Shown here one piece after another: positions 36,024 to 49,645 of a stretch of 64,000 bases of DNA. Under the pieces are notes generated by a model that had not been told where the DNA came from, made no database searches, and worked only from the letters and a program-made list of their open reading frames with translations. Origin of the DNA: Eledone cirrhosa (taxonomy: Eukaryota); contig OZ024740.1 of the NCBI GenBank assembly GCA_964016885.1, positions 390,228,001 to 390,292,000 of the forward strand. The letters are read 5' to 3'. A program made the translations under genes and the position numbers. The number at the start of each line of letters is the position of its first letter. The first letter of the stretch is position 1.

Positions 36024-38792
36024 TGTAGTGACCTACATTCCGCGGGCTCACATACATTCTCTGTGCGTGATTTGGCTCAGTTCAGCCAATCGGCGCCAGT
36101 AGAAGAGGATGTATCCCTACGCGCCCCGAGGAAGAAATTCCCCGCGAAGATTTGAAGAATCTACCTCTTGTACCGGGAACTTCGAACCAGTAACACGCAT
36201 AATGTAGCGGTGAGATTTTGCACCCTAGCGTCGCCGGCTTTCCGACGCAATGGCACATTCCCTTTTGTAAGCTCTTTTTATCTGTAACTTCAACCATATA
36301 AGTTAACAAACATTGTTTGTGCTACATCAAAAATAAACATACATTTCATCTCTAATTTCTGCTGTTGAAATCATTATTATGTTACTCGTGTCTCAATAAC
36401 ATCTATAATCCATGCTGCTGGAATTGGCGACCTGACGAAAGGAATATTGTAAATACAAAGATGGTAAATAGATCGAGGGACTTTCCCTCATGTCTATGTC
36501 GACAAGACAATCCAACGAGGATACCATCATTTTACCACACTGTCAACTCACGACCTTCATTCATCTATCCTGCTAAAGTGGTGACCGACGTAAGAATTTA
36601 ACGCAGCCCTTTTTTATACAGTTGAACTTTTATTGCCGCGTTGCCGGCCTTTTTCGCAACTTGCGAAAATACAATATGTTCCTTTCAAAGTTTTTTTTTG
36701 AAAAATTAGCAGTATTTCAAAAACTTTTCGCCACGAGGAAATTTCAAGATGGCTACCGACAAGTCCTGTCTACAATCAACAACAACAACGACAGCAGCAG
36801 CAGCAGCGACAGCATTGTTTAACCACTGACCAACGACAGGGAGTAGTGAGATGGCAGCTTCATAGCCTTACCGACGCAAACCACCACACATCGGAAATTT
36901 CAAAACGGCTTGTAACTTTACCGACGCAACCACCATACCTTCTGTCTCGTTACCACAGGGACTCGAGAAATTGAGACAGTAGTTTTCTCACCATTGTGGC
37001 GTCAGACGTGGCTGCCATGTTGGTGACTGCTACTCTACAGAAGATTCATTGACTTTGCTTTATCAACAAGCAACACAACCTTATGTCACACAAGGTGGCA
37101 GGACGGTAAAATGGCCACGAAAACTCTCAAAAACACCATACATCTAACCCCTAACGGCATTAACAAACTTCTTTTTCAGTTTTCAGATAGAACTAGTGTC
37201 AGAAAGTCTGTACACTGGTGATGTGTGAACTATTTGACTTTGAAAAACTTTGAACTTATTGAGCAATTTCTCTGCTCCCTTAGATTGACTTTGAATTATC
37301 AGTTTGTTACATTCACATATTTCTTTGTAGAATGCATTTACTTGTTTTGTGCTCTTTTGCTATTTGCTTGCTCATGGTTTTTGTTCATTCACATTCTTTG
37401 CTGTTTTACATGCCTGCATATGCACACATTTTTTTTGTCACACATCAACATGTTGTTCTTGGTATATGTTCTTCAAACGTAATATTCTGCGAGTCCCTTT
37501 TCACCTGGTTGAGATGCTGTCACATGCTAGCAGCTCATTGAGCTTAAACCACTGGATTCAAACAGGCACCGCAACACGAGAATACTAATTGCAGCTGAGC
37601 TCACACAGTTTTGCATCTCGTTGCACACTGATCGTCCATGACGGCCTTCGTCTTACTGTTTTTGCCCGACTCGCTGGGAAAACAGCAGATAGAACTGGAC
37701 TTGTCAGCATTTCGGCCACTTCTGTGGATTCGCCCGAATTATGGAATTTACACTGCAACCCACCTACAGATTAAACTTGCTTTTTTTCTTTTCAAAGCAA
37801 CCAGCCATTTTTTCCTGGCTCCCTAACACATTCGGCAATACATCTGGGAGGCCAACATTTTCTCGCCTACCCATCATCTTCTTGCCAGCACTGGTAAACT
37901 ACCATAATAGCTTCGTCCACAGCTACTGGTACAGCACTTACCATTAACATTAAATGCAAGAATAGCAACTTCGCCCATGTCAGACTTTATCCGTTTTTGT
38001 TAGACCTTTACTGGTCACGTATAAACAACAAAACAGCTGGTCATTTAACACAGCGGCTCAACACGGCCCATGGCGCCTCATTTTTTTTCTTGCATGCAGC
38101 CTTCTGCCCAATTATTTTTTTAAACTGATGTGCTCTTTCAGTATTTGTTCTTGCTGATTCAATAATCTGTATCGACTTCCTTGTGGGTCCTTAGCTTCTT
38201 CGTTTACGATTTTCGGCTAAAAATCTGCTCGGGGGTATTGTAGTGACCTACATTCCGCGGGCTCACATACATTCTCTGTGCGTGATTTGGCTCAGTTCAG
38301 CCAATCGGCGCCAGTAGAAGAGGATGTATCCCTACGCGCCCCGAGGAAGAAATTCCCCGCGAAGATTTGAAGAATCTACCTCTTGTACCGGGAACTTCGA
38401 ACCAGCAACACGCATAATGTAACGGTGAGATTTTGCACCCTAGCGTCGCCGGCTTTCCGACGCAATGGCACATTCCCTTTTGTAAGCTCTTTTTATCTGT
38501 AACTTCAACCATATAAGTTAACAAACATTGTTTGTGCTACATCAAAAATAAACATACATTTCATCTCTAATTTCTGCTGTTGAAATCATTATTATGTTAC
38601 TCGTGTCTCAATAACATCTATAATCCATGCTGCTGGAATTGGCGACCTGACGAAAGGAATATTGTAAATACAAAGATGGTAAATAGATCGAGGGACCTTC
38701 CCTCATGTCTATGTCGACAAGACAATCCAACGAGGATACCAACATTTTACCACACTGTCAACTCACGACCTTCATTCATCTATCCTGCTAAA
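36024..38792 (+). mobile_element. Non-autonomous LTR retrotransposon (Gypsy-like), 554-bp LTRs
   Basis: LTRs 36024-36577 and 38239-38792 (TGTAG...CTAAA, 4 substitutions seen). 4-bp TSD ACTT. PBS TGGTGACC-GACGT at 36579 resembles the tRNA-Trp 3' complement. PPT-like GGGGGTA before the 3' LTR. No gag/pol ORF. Confidence 0.9.
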
Positions 38793-39244
38793 ACTTCATC
38801 ATCATGCATAACACTCACGTCGCTATCATTTAAGGAACAAAATTACAAGCCTAATACAGGACTGACCAAATTCTCAATTAGAAATCGCTAAGAGAGGAGA
38901 GAATCCGCGGAGAAGATCTTATAGCATATTTATACCAAGAATCCAATAGATAAATATCACAAACGACACTCGATCAATGCAACAGAGCACAAATGCAAGC
39001 ATTCAAAATGCCATCAGCATGAAACACATTAACGCAACAAACATATAGATACCATCTACAGCAGCAGCAGCTACACCACGAGATCACACACGCCTCATTG
39101 ACAGCTTAATAGGCTCCTAAACACATTATCTTGGGGAAGAGGTCAATGAACACAATATATACGTGTACAAAATAATTGAGATAACATAAGGAGTGACACA
39201 GTAATATCTACTAATATAACAGCCTTGACCGTCACACACTAGAG

Positions 39245-39412
39245 ATGACTGAGGAAGGAAGGAGTGATTATGTCGACTGAGGAAGGAAGGGGTGATTATT
39301 TGATTGAAGGAAAAGGTGATCACGTCGACCGAGGAAGGAACAGCTGATTACGTTGACTGAGGAAGAGGTGTCTAATACACATGCATTCATGAGATGACTG
39401 AGGAAGGAAGGT
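39245..39412. repeat. Degenerate ~28-bp tandem repeat
   Basis: GACTGAGGAAGGAAGGxGTGATTAxGTx repeated 5-6 times. Confidence 0.7.
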
Positions 39413-40074
39413 GAGAAACTATAGAAGTCCAGCGTTTGAAGATTCTCCACAGCTGTGTGTTTGTATGTTTGTATCACTTGTGTGAGTGAGCGCAAAGGAA
39501 CCAACCAACCAACAAACAAACATCTCTTTTTTATATTATGTATAGATATTATAATTAGCCGTCATTTTTGACGACACGGGGTCAGCTAGTCAGAAATAAA
39601 CTCTACTTATATTTTAATCCACATCAACACACCCACTCACCTTATCAAGCTAACTATAATAACTTTATTCAAGCTCTTACATTCTGTGACACACATTTAA
39701 GTACCTCAACCACATAGCAAATAGTCCTTCGTATCTACAGGCATTAGACATGACGTGGTAGTCACACCTTTCTACCGCTCAGAATTTCTCCAGCCTTACC
39801 ATTAACACTCTAAAAAACCTGGATTCAAAACAATAAATATACAATAGCAACTGTGAAATCCACCATCTCCAGATTTTACGAGTAATTTCACGATTAAAAA
39901 ACACACACAACTACAATACTCCAGAAGACTAGTACAATAGAGTGCTAAGAAATATATAAAAACAATGACACAAAAACAAACAGACCCCCCCCCCCCCCCA
40001 GCATAAATAGCATAATTAGTCTTAAATACTTTGCTAAGACGTATAACACTAATGATAAGTACAGGTGAGTAGCT

Positions 40075-40507
40075 GGTGTAATGCTTGTTCTGAGGTCACT
40101 TCGTTAGTCCGTGTTGGGGCCACTACTTGTATTTGTAATAGTCAATCCGAGGTCACTTCGTTAGTCCCTGTTGGGGTCACCACTTGCATTTGTAATACTC
40201 GATCCGAGGTCACTTTGTTTGTCCCTGTTGGGGTCACCACTTGCATTTGTAATGCTCGATCCGAGGTCACTTCGTTTATCCCCTTTGAGGTCACCACTTG
40301 CATTTGTAATGCTCGATCTGAGGTCACTTCGTTTGTCCCCTTTTGAAGTCACCATTTGCATTTATAATGCTCGTTCTGAGGTCATTTCGTTTGTCCCTGT
40401 TGGGGGTCACCACATGCATTCGTAATTCTCGATCCGAGGTCACTTCGTTTGTCCCTGTTGGAATCACCACTTACATTTGTCCCTGTTGGGGTCACCACTT
40501 GTATTTG
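40075..40507. repeat. 57-bp minisatellite, ~7.5 copies
   Basis: Unit GATCCGAGGTCACTTCGTTTGTCCCTGTTGGGGTCACCACTTGCATTTGTAATGCTC. Confidence 0.9.
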
Positions 40508-40548
40508 AAGACAAAGAAATAAACTAGAAAGTGGAAGTTGCACACCAG

Positions 40549-42787
40549 ACTACGACACCACACTACGACACCACACTACGACACTACACTACGACACCAC
40601 ACTACGAACCACACTACGACACTACACTACGACACTACACTACGACACTACACTACGACACCACACTACGACACCACACTACGACACCACACTACGACAC
40701 CACACTACGACACTACACTACGACACCACACTACGACACCAAACTATGACACTACACTACGACACCACACTACGACACTACACTACGACACCACACTACG
40801 ACACTACACTACGACACCACACTACGACACCACACTACGACACTACACTACGACACCAAACTACGACACCACACTACGACACCACACTACGACACTACAC
40901 TACGACACCAAACTACGACACCACACTACGACACCACACTACGACACCACACTACGATACCAAACTACGACACTACACTACGACACCACACTACGACACC
41001 AAACTACGACACTACACTACGACACCACACTACGACACCACACTACGACACTACACTACGACACTACACTACGACACCACACTACGACACCACACTACGA
41101 CACTACACTACGACACTACACTACGACACCACACTACGATACCAAACTACGACACTACACTACGACACCACACTACGACACCACACTACGACACCACACT
41201 ACGACACCACACTACGACACTACACTACGATACCACACTACGACACCACACTACGACACCACACTACGACACCACACTACGACACTACACTACGACACCA
41301 CACTACGACACCACACTACGACACCACACTACGACACCACACTACGACACCACACTACGACACCACACTACGACACTACACTACGACACCACGCTACGAC
41401 ACCACACTACGACACTACACTACGACACCACGCTACGACACTACACTACGACACCACACTACGACACCACACTACGACACCACACTACGACACTACACTA
41501 CGACACCACACTACGACACTACACTACGACACCACACTACGACACCACACTACGACACCACACTACGACACCACACTACGACACCACACTACGACACTAC
41601 ACTACGACACCACACTACGACACCACACTACGACACCACACTACGACACCACACTACGACACCACACTACGACACCACACTACGACACTACACTACGACA
41701 CCACGCTACGACACTACACTACGACACCACACTACGACACTACACTACGATACCACACTACGACACTACACTACGACACCACACTACGACACTACACTAC
41801 GACACCACACTACGACACTACACTACGACACCACACTACGACACTACACTACGACACCACACTACGACACTACACTACGACACCACACTACGACACTACA
41901 CTACGACACCACACTACGACACTACACTACGACACCACGCTACGACACTACACTACGACACCACGCTACGACACTACACTACGACACCACGCTACGACAC
42001 CACACTACGACACCACACTACGACACCACGCTACGACACCACACTACGACACCACACTACGACACCACACTACGACACCACACTACGACACTACACTACG
42101 ACACCACACTACGACACTACACTACGACACCACACTACGACACTACACTACGACACCACACTACGACACCACACTACGACACTACACTACGACACCACGC
42201 TACGACACTACACTACGACACCACACTACGACACCACACTACGACACCACACTACGACACCACACTACGACACTACACTACGACACCACACTACGACACC
42301 ACACTACGACACTACACTACGACATCACACTACGACACTACACTACGACACCACACTACCACAACACACTACGACACTACACTACGACACTACACTACGA
42401 CACCACACTACGACACTACACTACGACACCACACTACGACACTACACTACCACAACACACTACGACACTACACTACGACACTACACTACGACACCACACT
42501 ACGACACCACACTACGACACCACACTACGACACCACACTACGACACCACACTACGACACCACACTACGACACTACACTACGACACCACACTACCACACCA
42601 AACTACGACACTACACTACGACACCACACTACGACACCACACTACGACACTACACTACGACACTACACTACGACACCACACTACGACACTACACTACGAC
42701 ACCACACTACGACACCACACTACGACACCACACTACGACACTACACTACGACACCACACTACGACACCACACTACGACACCACACTG
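40549..42787. repeat. 13-bp satellite (ACTACGACACYAC), ~172 copies
   Basis: Continuous 13-bp period with a C/T dimorphic site and rare other variants. It produces the spurious 753- and 685-aa ORFs. Confidence 0.97.
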
Positions 42788-42805
42788 CAGACACATTAAT
42801 TAATT

Positions 42806-42978
42806 GTTTCTACTTTAGGCACAAGCCCAGCAATTACCCAGTGTATTACTGGTACTTTATTTTATCGACCCCGTAAGGATGAAAGGCAAAGTCAACCTCG
42901 ACAGATTTGAACTCAGACCGTAAAGGGACGTAACTATGCTGGAAAGCATGGCGTCCGACCCTCTACCAATACTGCCAA
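42806..42978 (-). mobile_element. tRNA-derived SINE copy
   Basis: CTGGTACTTTATTTTATCGACCCCGTAAGGATGAAAGGCAAAGTCAACCTCG...TTTGAACTCAG. Confidence 0.75.
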
Positions 42979-43134
42979 TCTACATAATAATTAATAAAGG
43001 CATGTAATAATGGGCAGCACAACTCTCAGGTAGAATGATGTATGGCCTGTCTGCTACTATGGATTTGCGGTCCATCCTAGACGTTTGGACAGACGTCTAC
43101 GCATCATGGGTCTTTCTTGATAAGAACTGGCCAA

Positions 43135-43464
43135 TAACCACCATCATTATCATCATCATCACCACCACCCTCCACCCCAACCACTACCACATACACTACT
43201 ACCACCACCACCACCACCATCATCCTCATCACCACCACCCTCCATCCCAACCACTACCACAACCACTACCGCCACCACCACCACCACCACCACCATCATC
43301 ATCACCACCACCCTCCACCCCAACCACTACCACAACCACTACCACCACCACCACCACCCCAACCACTACCACAGCCACTACCAACACCACCACCAGCACC
43401 ACCGTCATCATCATCACCACCACCCTCCACCCCAACCACTACCACAACCACTACTACCACCACC

Positions 43465-43498
<34 letters not shown>

Positions 43499-43560
43499 CC
43501 ACCGTCTTCATCAACAACAACAACAACAAAACCAACAAAACAATAATATAAACAACAATA
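43135..43560. repeat. Compound (CAC)n/(CAT)n/(CAA)n trinucleotide region
   Basis: Low-complexity repeats with a recurring CACCCTCCACCCCAACCACTACCAC unit. Confidence 0.9.
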
Positions 43561-44153
43561 TTCAGCTAACATAGTAAGTAAGTATATCAATTGGAAGGTC
43601 TGTTATATATGGTGGCCCAAAAGTCGCAATACATAACAAAATAATTATGTTTTATAAGAAACAATTTATTAAAAAAAATATATATATAAAACATAATTTT
43701 TTTTTCATATGTCGCGACTTTCGGGCCACCATATATTAGCCTGGTGCAGCCTACCATACTGAAACCTACAATAAGAAACCCTCGCTCAGACTGAAGTTTT
43801 GTATCGCTAAACACATACATAAATTGTGAGTACATTGCGACTGCGCTACTCGAGCATATATTGTATAAAACAATGATAACAACAAAGATAACAGCAACAA
43901 GATGCAAATTTTGTCCAGAATTCATAAATATAAACATATTTCAGAAGAATGATGTCTCAGCGATGGAATTTGATAAATTAGCGACCGAATCGGAAATTGA
44001 AATGTCTAAACTGCGTTAGATGAAATCAGAAACAGTTCCGGTAGCCATTGGTACATCCGGGATTATAATAAAGGATGTTACGAGATGTCCAACGAAGACT
44101 GCCTGTAGTTCAATCTACATGAACATCATGGACTTTAATTTCCCTTACCTTAT

Positions 44154-44263
<110 letters not shown>

Positions 44264-44697
44264 TTACATATAGTAAACATTTCATAAACACGTCGCCTCT
44301 AATATACCAAAAGTATTTTTTAATATCCTTGCGAAAAATTTCCCTCCAACTCACCGTTACTATACAATACTGTAAACATATCTTATTCTACTACTAATCT
44401 AGCCAACTATTTAACGTCTAGCAATAATATAAAACTAAAGGAATATAATATTAATTCCATAGTATTAATCAAGGCAATATAGAGCTTACTGGTCGTCTCG
44501 GTCGCCGCAATCCTAACTTCTACACAGCGTCAAGGTTCTAACCCTACCAATAACCAAGTAATTAACACAAACTGCAGAAACCCTTTGACCTGCCCCCAAG
44601 CGGTAATTGACTAACTGAAAATATAGCTTATCAACATCCTATCTCTACACATACTAATAATTCTTTTTACTTTTGGCACAAGGCCAGCAATTACACC

Positions 44698-44827
44698 AGT
44701 GTATTACTGGTACATTATTTTATCGACCCCGTAAGGATGAAAGGCAAAGTTGACCTAGCCGGGATTTGAGGTCAACTTTGCTTTTCATCCTTACGGGGTC
44801 GATAAAATAATGTACCAGTAATACACT
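44698..44827. repeat. SINE-derived fold-back hairpin
   Basis: AGTGTATTACTGGTACATTATTTTATCGACCCCGTAAGGATGAAAGGCAAAGTTGACCT is followed after ~12 nt by its reverse complement. Confidence 0.85.
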
Positions 44828-45349
44828 ACTAATAATAAAGTATATGTCGAGGCTACCTCAAATAGCTTTAAATCTGGATACTAATTGCATCGTCATTGTT
44901 TTAGGAAGAAAAAAGACGTAACTCAACTTCATTAGCCCGGTATATATGGGACTTGAAAGAGGTCAATATAGAATATTCTATTAATTGGAATGTTCTTAAA
45001 ATTGTCCAGTAATACCCGCCAGGAAACCGTAGGTGTAATTTGTGCCCCACAGAATTAATTATCAATATACACATATACCCACACGTATACACCCTCCAAA
45101 CTAAATATACACATACACACATAAATACAAATATATATATAATATATGTACGTATGTATATGAATACACCCATATATATTAAATTGTCAATTCATACAAA
45201 ACAGAACGCATATTAATTAGAGGATTTGAGATAAATTTAATATAGATATAACTCCAGTTTTTCAATAAGAATTCACGCGGTAAAAATATTTTTATCATCC
45301 CCTCTATTGGCAGAATCGATAAGAGGCAGCATTTAAGTATATATAAATA

Positions 45350-45404
<55 letters not shown>

Positions 45405-45419
45405 ACTGGTGAATAGGAG

Positions 45420-45461
<42 letters not shown>

Positions 45462-45480
45462 AACAAACAAACACACACAT

Positions 45481-45537
<57 letters not shown>

Positions 45538-46319
45538 AATCTATTTTATTCCTGCTGTTCTACAGAAGTGCTTTTGTTTGGGATATATATTATATTATAT
45601 TCCTAGAAACTCTTATATTGATGTTAAATGTAACAGTGTTTATAGTGGCACTCGTTCTCTTATGGTCGATCATTAGAAGACATCCAATTCTTTCTTTCTC
45701 TCCATGAAAGAGAATTTATGGTCAAATGCTCTTTATATCAAACTCAATTCGGAACCTATCTGAAATGTCCAATCTAAATCGCACAATATGCCTTCACAGG
45801 TAATGGTATTAATCGAATAATAAATATTTATCCGCAGCACATCATATTATGAAATCATATATACGTTTAACATGATCATAATTATACAGTGAAAAACTAA
45901 TAAAAAAATATGAATAAAAGAATGCTTTTCACATTTATTGACGTTTTCACCAGCATTTTTTAAACATTATGATTGAACTGGCTACCTTTTAAAGCAAAAA
46001 AACACGTGTTTCTTTTTATTAAAACACGTACGTTTTTAGCTGGTGAAATTAGTCGTCTTCAATACCAACACAAGTCAAATCATTTGATTTCCTTGCATAG
46101 GCTTATTTATCTGTAAGACAATGCTTACTGTTGAGGACGATTTGTCTAAATTTACTGATTAACCATTTCAATTATGGTAATAATTCTATTTTTTATTTGT
46201 CGTTAGAAATCAGTTATTCTAATTGGATTTACTAATTGTAATGTAAGTGAAATTGCGCTTGACTTTAAATGCATTTTTGCTTACTATGCTTTGTTTTACT
46301 AAATATAGGCCATGTTTTT

Positions 46320-46445
46320 AACACCTGTGCCAGATAATTTAGGACTCTTGCTAGTCTAAAAAGTCACATCCGTACACAAGCAGAAGCGTGATTGAAAATT
46401 TCAAGCGATGGCTATACTCGACCGTACAGAAGCTGCCATCACATA
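46320..46445 (+). mobile_element. RTE 3'-end fragment
   Basis: FRTLASLKSHIRTQ (C2H2 remnant) followed by ATGGCTATACTCGA...GCTGCCATCA, homologous to the RTE tails at 14807 and 15394. Confidence 0.6.
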
Positions 46446-46506
46446 TATAGGACAAGTAAGTATGTTTTGAAACAGTGGGCAGGTTTGAAATTAGAAATAG
46501 AATAGC

Positions 46507-46668
46507 TTTCACCGTATTTTTGACTAAAGAAATTTTAGTCTGATAATGGGGTTTAGAACCCTCAGATAAATGGAAAAAGATGAGTATTGATGTACTCATC
46601 TTTTTCCATTTATCTGAGGGTTCTAAGCCCCATTATCAGACTAAAATTTCTTTAGTAAAAAATACGGT

Positions 46669-46672
<4 letters not shown>
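46507..46672. repeat. Near-perfect ~80-bp-arm hairpin abutting (TA)n
   Basis: TTTCACCGTATTTTT...GGAAAAAGATGAGTA-TTGATG-TACTCATCTTTTTCC...AAAAATACGGTGAAA. Confidence 0.88.
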
Positions 46673-46716
<44 letters not shown>

Positions 46717-46722
46717 CATATG

Positions 46723-46778
<56 letters not shown>

Positions 46779-46901
46779 GGAGGTGAGTTTTATTGTAGTA
46801 CAATAAAGCAATGCAGATATCGGATAAGAAGCACTCTACAGTTTGTGGGACTGGAGTATGCATAATATAAGATCAAAAGATGGTTAAAGGAGTTCCATAT
46901 A

Positions 46902-46968
46902 TTTTATTATGCGCATTTCAAAAACAAACATCATCAAGCAATAATATTTGTGTTTTCATCAGATAAAA
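46902..46968 (-). ncRNA. Hammerhead ribozyme, PLE 3 3' arm
   Basis: TTTTAT-CTGATGA-long stem II (ACAAATATTAT/ATGATGTTTGT)-GAAA-TGCGCA-TA-ATAAAA: 6-bp stem I, palindromic stem III, AUA triplet. Confidence 0.85.
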
Positions 46969-47977
46969 CAGGAGAACATGATATGAAGGCCAAAAAACAC
47001 CTGTGGATAGTGCAGTTTTAAATCAACATATGAAAAGTGGTTTTAGATTGATGTGTGATATTGGGAAAAATATTTTATTTAGAGAGGGGGGGGGGGAGGA
47101 TGAAAAGGGAAGGAGATGAGAGGGAGAGATGGGTGATAGAGAGAAAGAGATAGTTTTTATAACTGAGAGGAGATATATTTTTTACATAGAGGGGTTGAAA
47201 ACCGTTGGAAGATACTGTATAAATTAAAAATTTTGAAAATTAACGAAGGGAGGATATGTGCGAGGAAAAAATATTTTATTTAGGGAGGGGGGGTGGGGGT
47301 GGAAAGGATGAAAAAAAGGGGGAGGAGATGAGAGTGAAGGTGGAGAGGGAGAGATGGGTGATAGAGAGAAAGAGATAGTTTTTATAACTGAGAAAAAGAT
47401 ATATTGTTTTAATATAGAGAGGTTGGGAACCGTTGGAAGATAATGTATAAATTAAAGGAATTTGAAAATTAACGAAGGGAGATTATGTATGAAGATAGAG
47501 AGAAAAAAATAATAATTGTGGGTGAATATTCTAACGTCAAAAGAAGAAATGTATGTATTGTGGCAATTTCAAAATTAGCGAAGAGAAAAATTGTTAAGGT
47601 TTGTGTGTAGAAGGATTTGAGAAAAATAATGTGAAGTTAAAGTTTGTATATTGAATTGATAATATATGCGAATAAAGAGTTAATATGTATTAATAATGAG
47701 TTCGTTGATGGGGAGAAAAAATAATAATAAATTAAGGATGAAATTGAGATTAAAAAGATTTATGATAGAGAGAAAAAATAATAGTGATTGCGGATGAATA
47801 TTCAAAATGTCAAAAACAAATGTTATTATTTTACGAGAAGATAGAATGAGGGTAATGAGTAAACTAGTATTATAGAGTGTATAATGCCCTTTAAAGTAAG
47901 GTAGATGGGTATATTTTAAAGAGGTGTATGTATATGTGCCTTTGAGAAAAGATTCTAAATTGATAAAGAATTGAATA

Positions 47978-49122
47978 TTAACTGTATACTTTGTGAAAAG
48001 TTCTATGGAATTTATGCAGGCAGATAGAAAACAAATCTGAGCGTCTATTTATTATAGAATCTAGGTTAGAGATAATGGTAAATTTTTCATTTAGGCAGAG
48101 ATTACAGATTTTAGATAGAGAGCTGTTCAAGTATGAGGATGCAGAAGAAATCTTCTTCCAAAAGATGGTATATTTAATGTTTTTGTCCTTTAAGGACCAT
48201 ATGAGTTCTGAGAGAGCAGTGTTAGTTCTTTTAAGTTTGTATTTGAAAGATGAATGATGATTATAGAGACGAGCTTTAAAAGAGGTGGAAGTGGAGCCAA
48301 AATAGATGAAGGAATTGGTGCTAGTTATAATTTTACATTCATAAATTAAGTTTTTATCGAGGCAATGGTTGTTGAGAGGACATTTATTTTTAATGCGGCA
48401 GTTGCAATTAGAGAGATTATTAATGAGTGATCTAGTGTTATCTATAGAAGGAATTGGATTGGAGAAGTTGTTTGCGATAGGAATAATAGTTTCTTGATTT
48501 AGAGTTGGATTATGAACATTTAGCGAAGTTGTGTTTGACGTTGTATTTGGGTTTACAGAAGTTAGCCTAGGGTTTACAATGACGTCGGGAGTACTATTAC
48601 TGTTATTATGAAATTCAATATTGGAAGGAAGAGATTTAGTATTTAATATTTTGTTGTTGTGTTTAGAGATGATGTTGGAAATATTGGAGGATGTAGAATA
48701 CGAAAATTTGATGGTGTGTTTGTTAAATATTTTACTATAGATATGTGAGGGAGGGAAGCATTTATTTAAGGCACTAAAAAATAATTTAGGAATATTGTTA
48801 TTAATAGAGATGGAGAAAGGAGCATTATACCAGATTATGTTTTTGTATCTAGGTCTTTTATTAAAATTATTGGAATGGTCATGATTAATTATTCTACTGT
48901 AAGTTTTCCTAGAATGTGTTTCTTTATTATATTTGATTTTATCTGGATAGCCGGCTTTAGAAAGTGCGTTATTATAGTAATTGGCGTTAGCATCAAAGAT
49001 GTTTTTATTAGAAGATATGTTAGATATTCTATTTCCAATATTATTAACTATAGCATTCTTGATATTGGTAGGATGGTTAGATTTAAAGTTAACATAATTA
49101 AGGTTCTCATTGTTTTTATGGT
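47978..49122 (-). CDS. PLE (Naiad-type) RT thumb + Zn-finger + GIY-YIG endonuclease fragment
   Basis: YVNFKSNHP, WYNAPFS, FSYST, CNCRIKNKCPLNNHC, NLIYEC...IYFGST, FKARL, CNLC. The first ~20 aa of the track ORF come from the inverted arm. Confidence 0.88.
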
Positions 49123-49164
49123 CTATCCACAGGTGTTTTCTGGCCTTCATATCATGTTCTCCTG

Positions 49165-49231
49165 TTTTATCTGATGAAAACACAAATATTATTGCTTGAT
49201 GATGTTTGTTTTTGAAATGCGCATAATAAAA
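49165..49231 (+). ncRNA. Hammerhead ribozyme, PLE 3 inverted arm
   Basis: Inverted copy of 46902-46968. Confidence 0.85.
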
Positions 49232-49248
49232 TATATGGAACTCCTTTA

Positions 49249-49558
<310 letters not shown>

Positions 49559-49600
49559 AAAGAACACAAGAGCGTCTACAACATCAAAAGATTTTTATTG

Positions 49601-49645
49601 GCTTACAATGTTTCTTCCTTACGTAACCGTAGGATTCGTCAGAGC
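49601..49645 (-). ncRNA. Hammerhead ribozyme, PLE 2 inverted arm
   Basis: Inverted copy of 56062-56106. Confidence 0.78.

Larger units (their letters stand above)
46776..49248 (-). mobile_element. Naiad-type Penelope-like element 3, heavily 5'-truncated, with 126-bp inverted arms
   Basis: Thumb-linker-GIY-YIG ORF. 46885-47010 is the reverse complement of 49123-49248 (one mismatch seen). Hammerhead in both arms; (TA)n flanks; tandem repeats in the 3' UTR. Confidence 0.9.

Noticed and set aside
40538-42803. 753-aa and 685-aa His/Thr/Tyr-rich ORFs
   Set aside because: Translation of a 13-bp satellite that happens to lack stops; multiple frames are open.
46355-46461. Host exon bounded by ctag/gtaagt
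   Set aside because: All frames have stops, and the sequence is better explained as an RTE 3' end (LKSHIRT plus the family tail).
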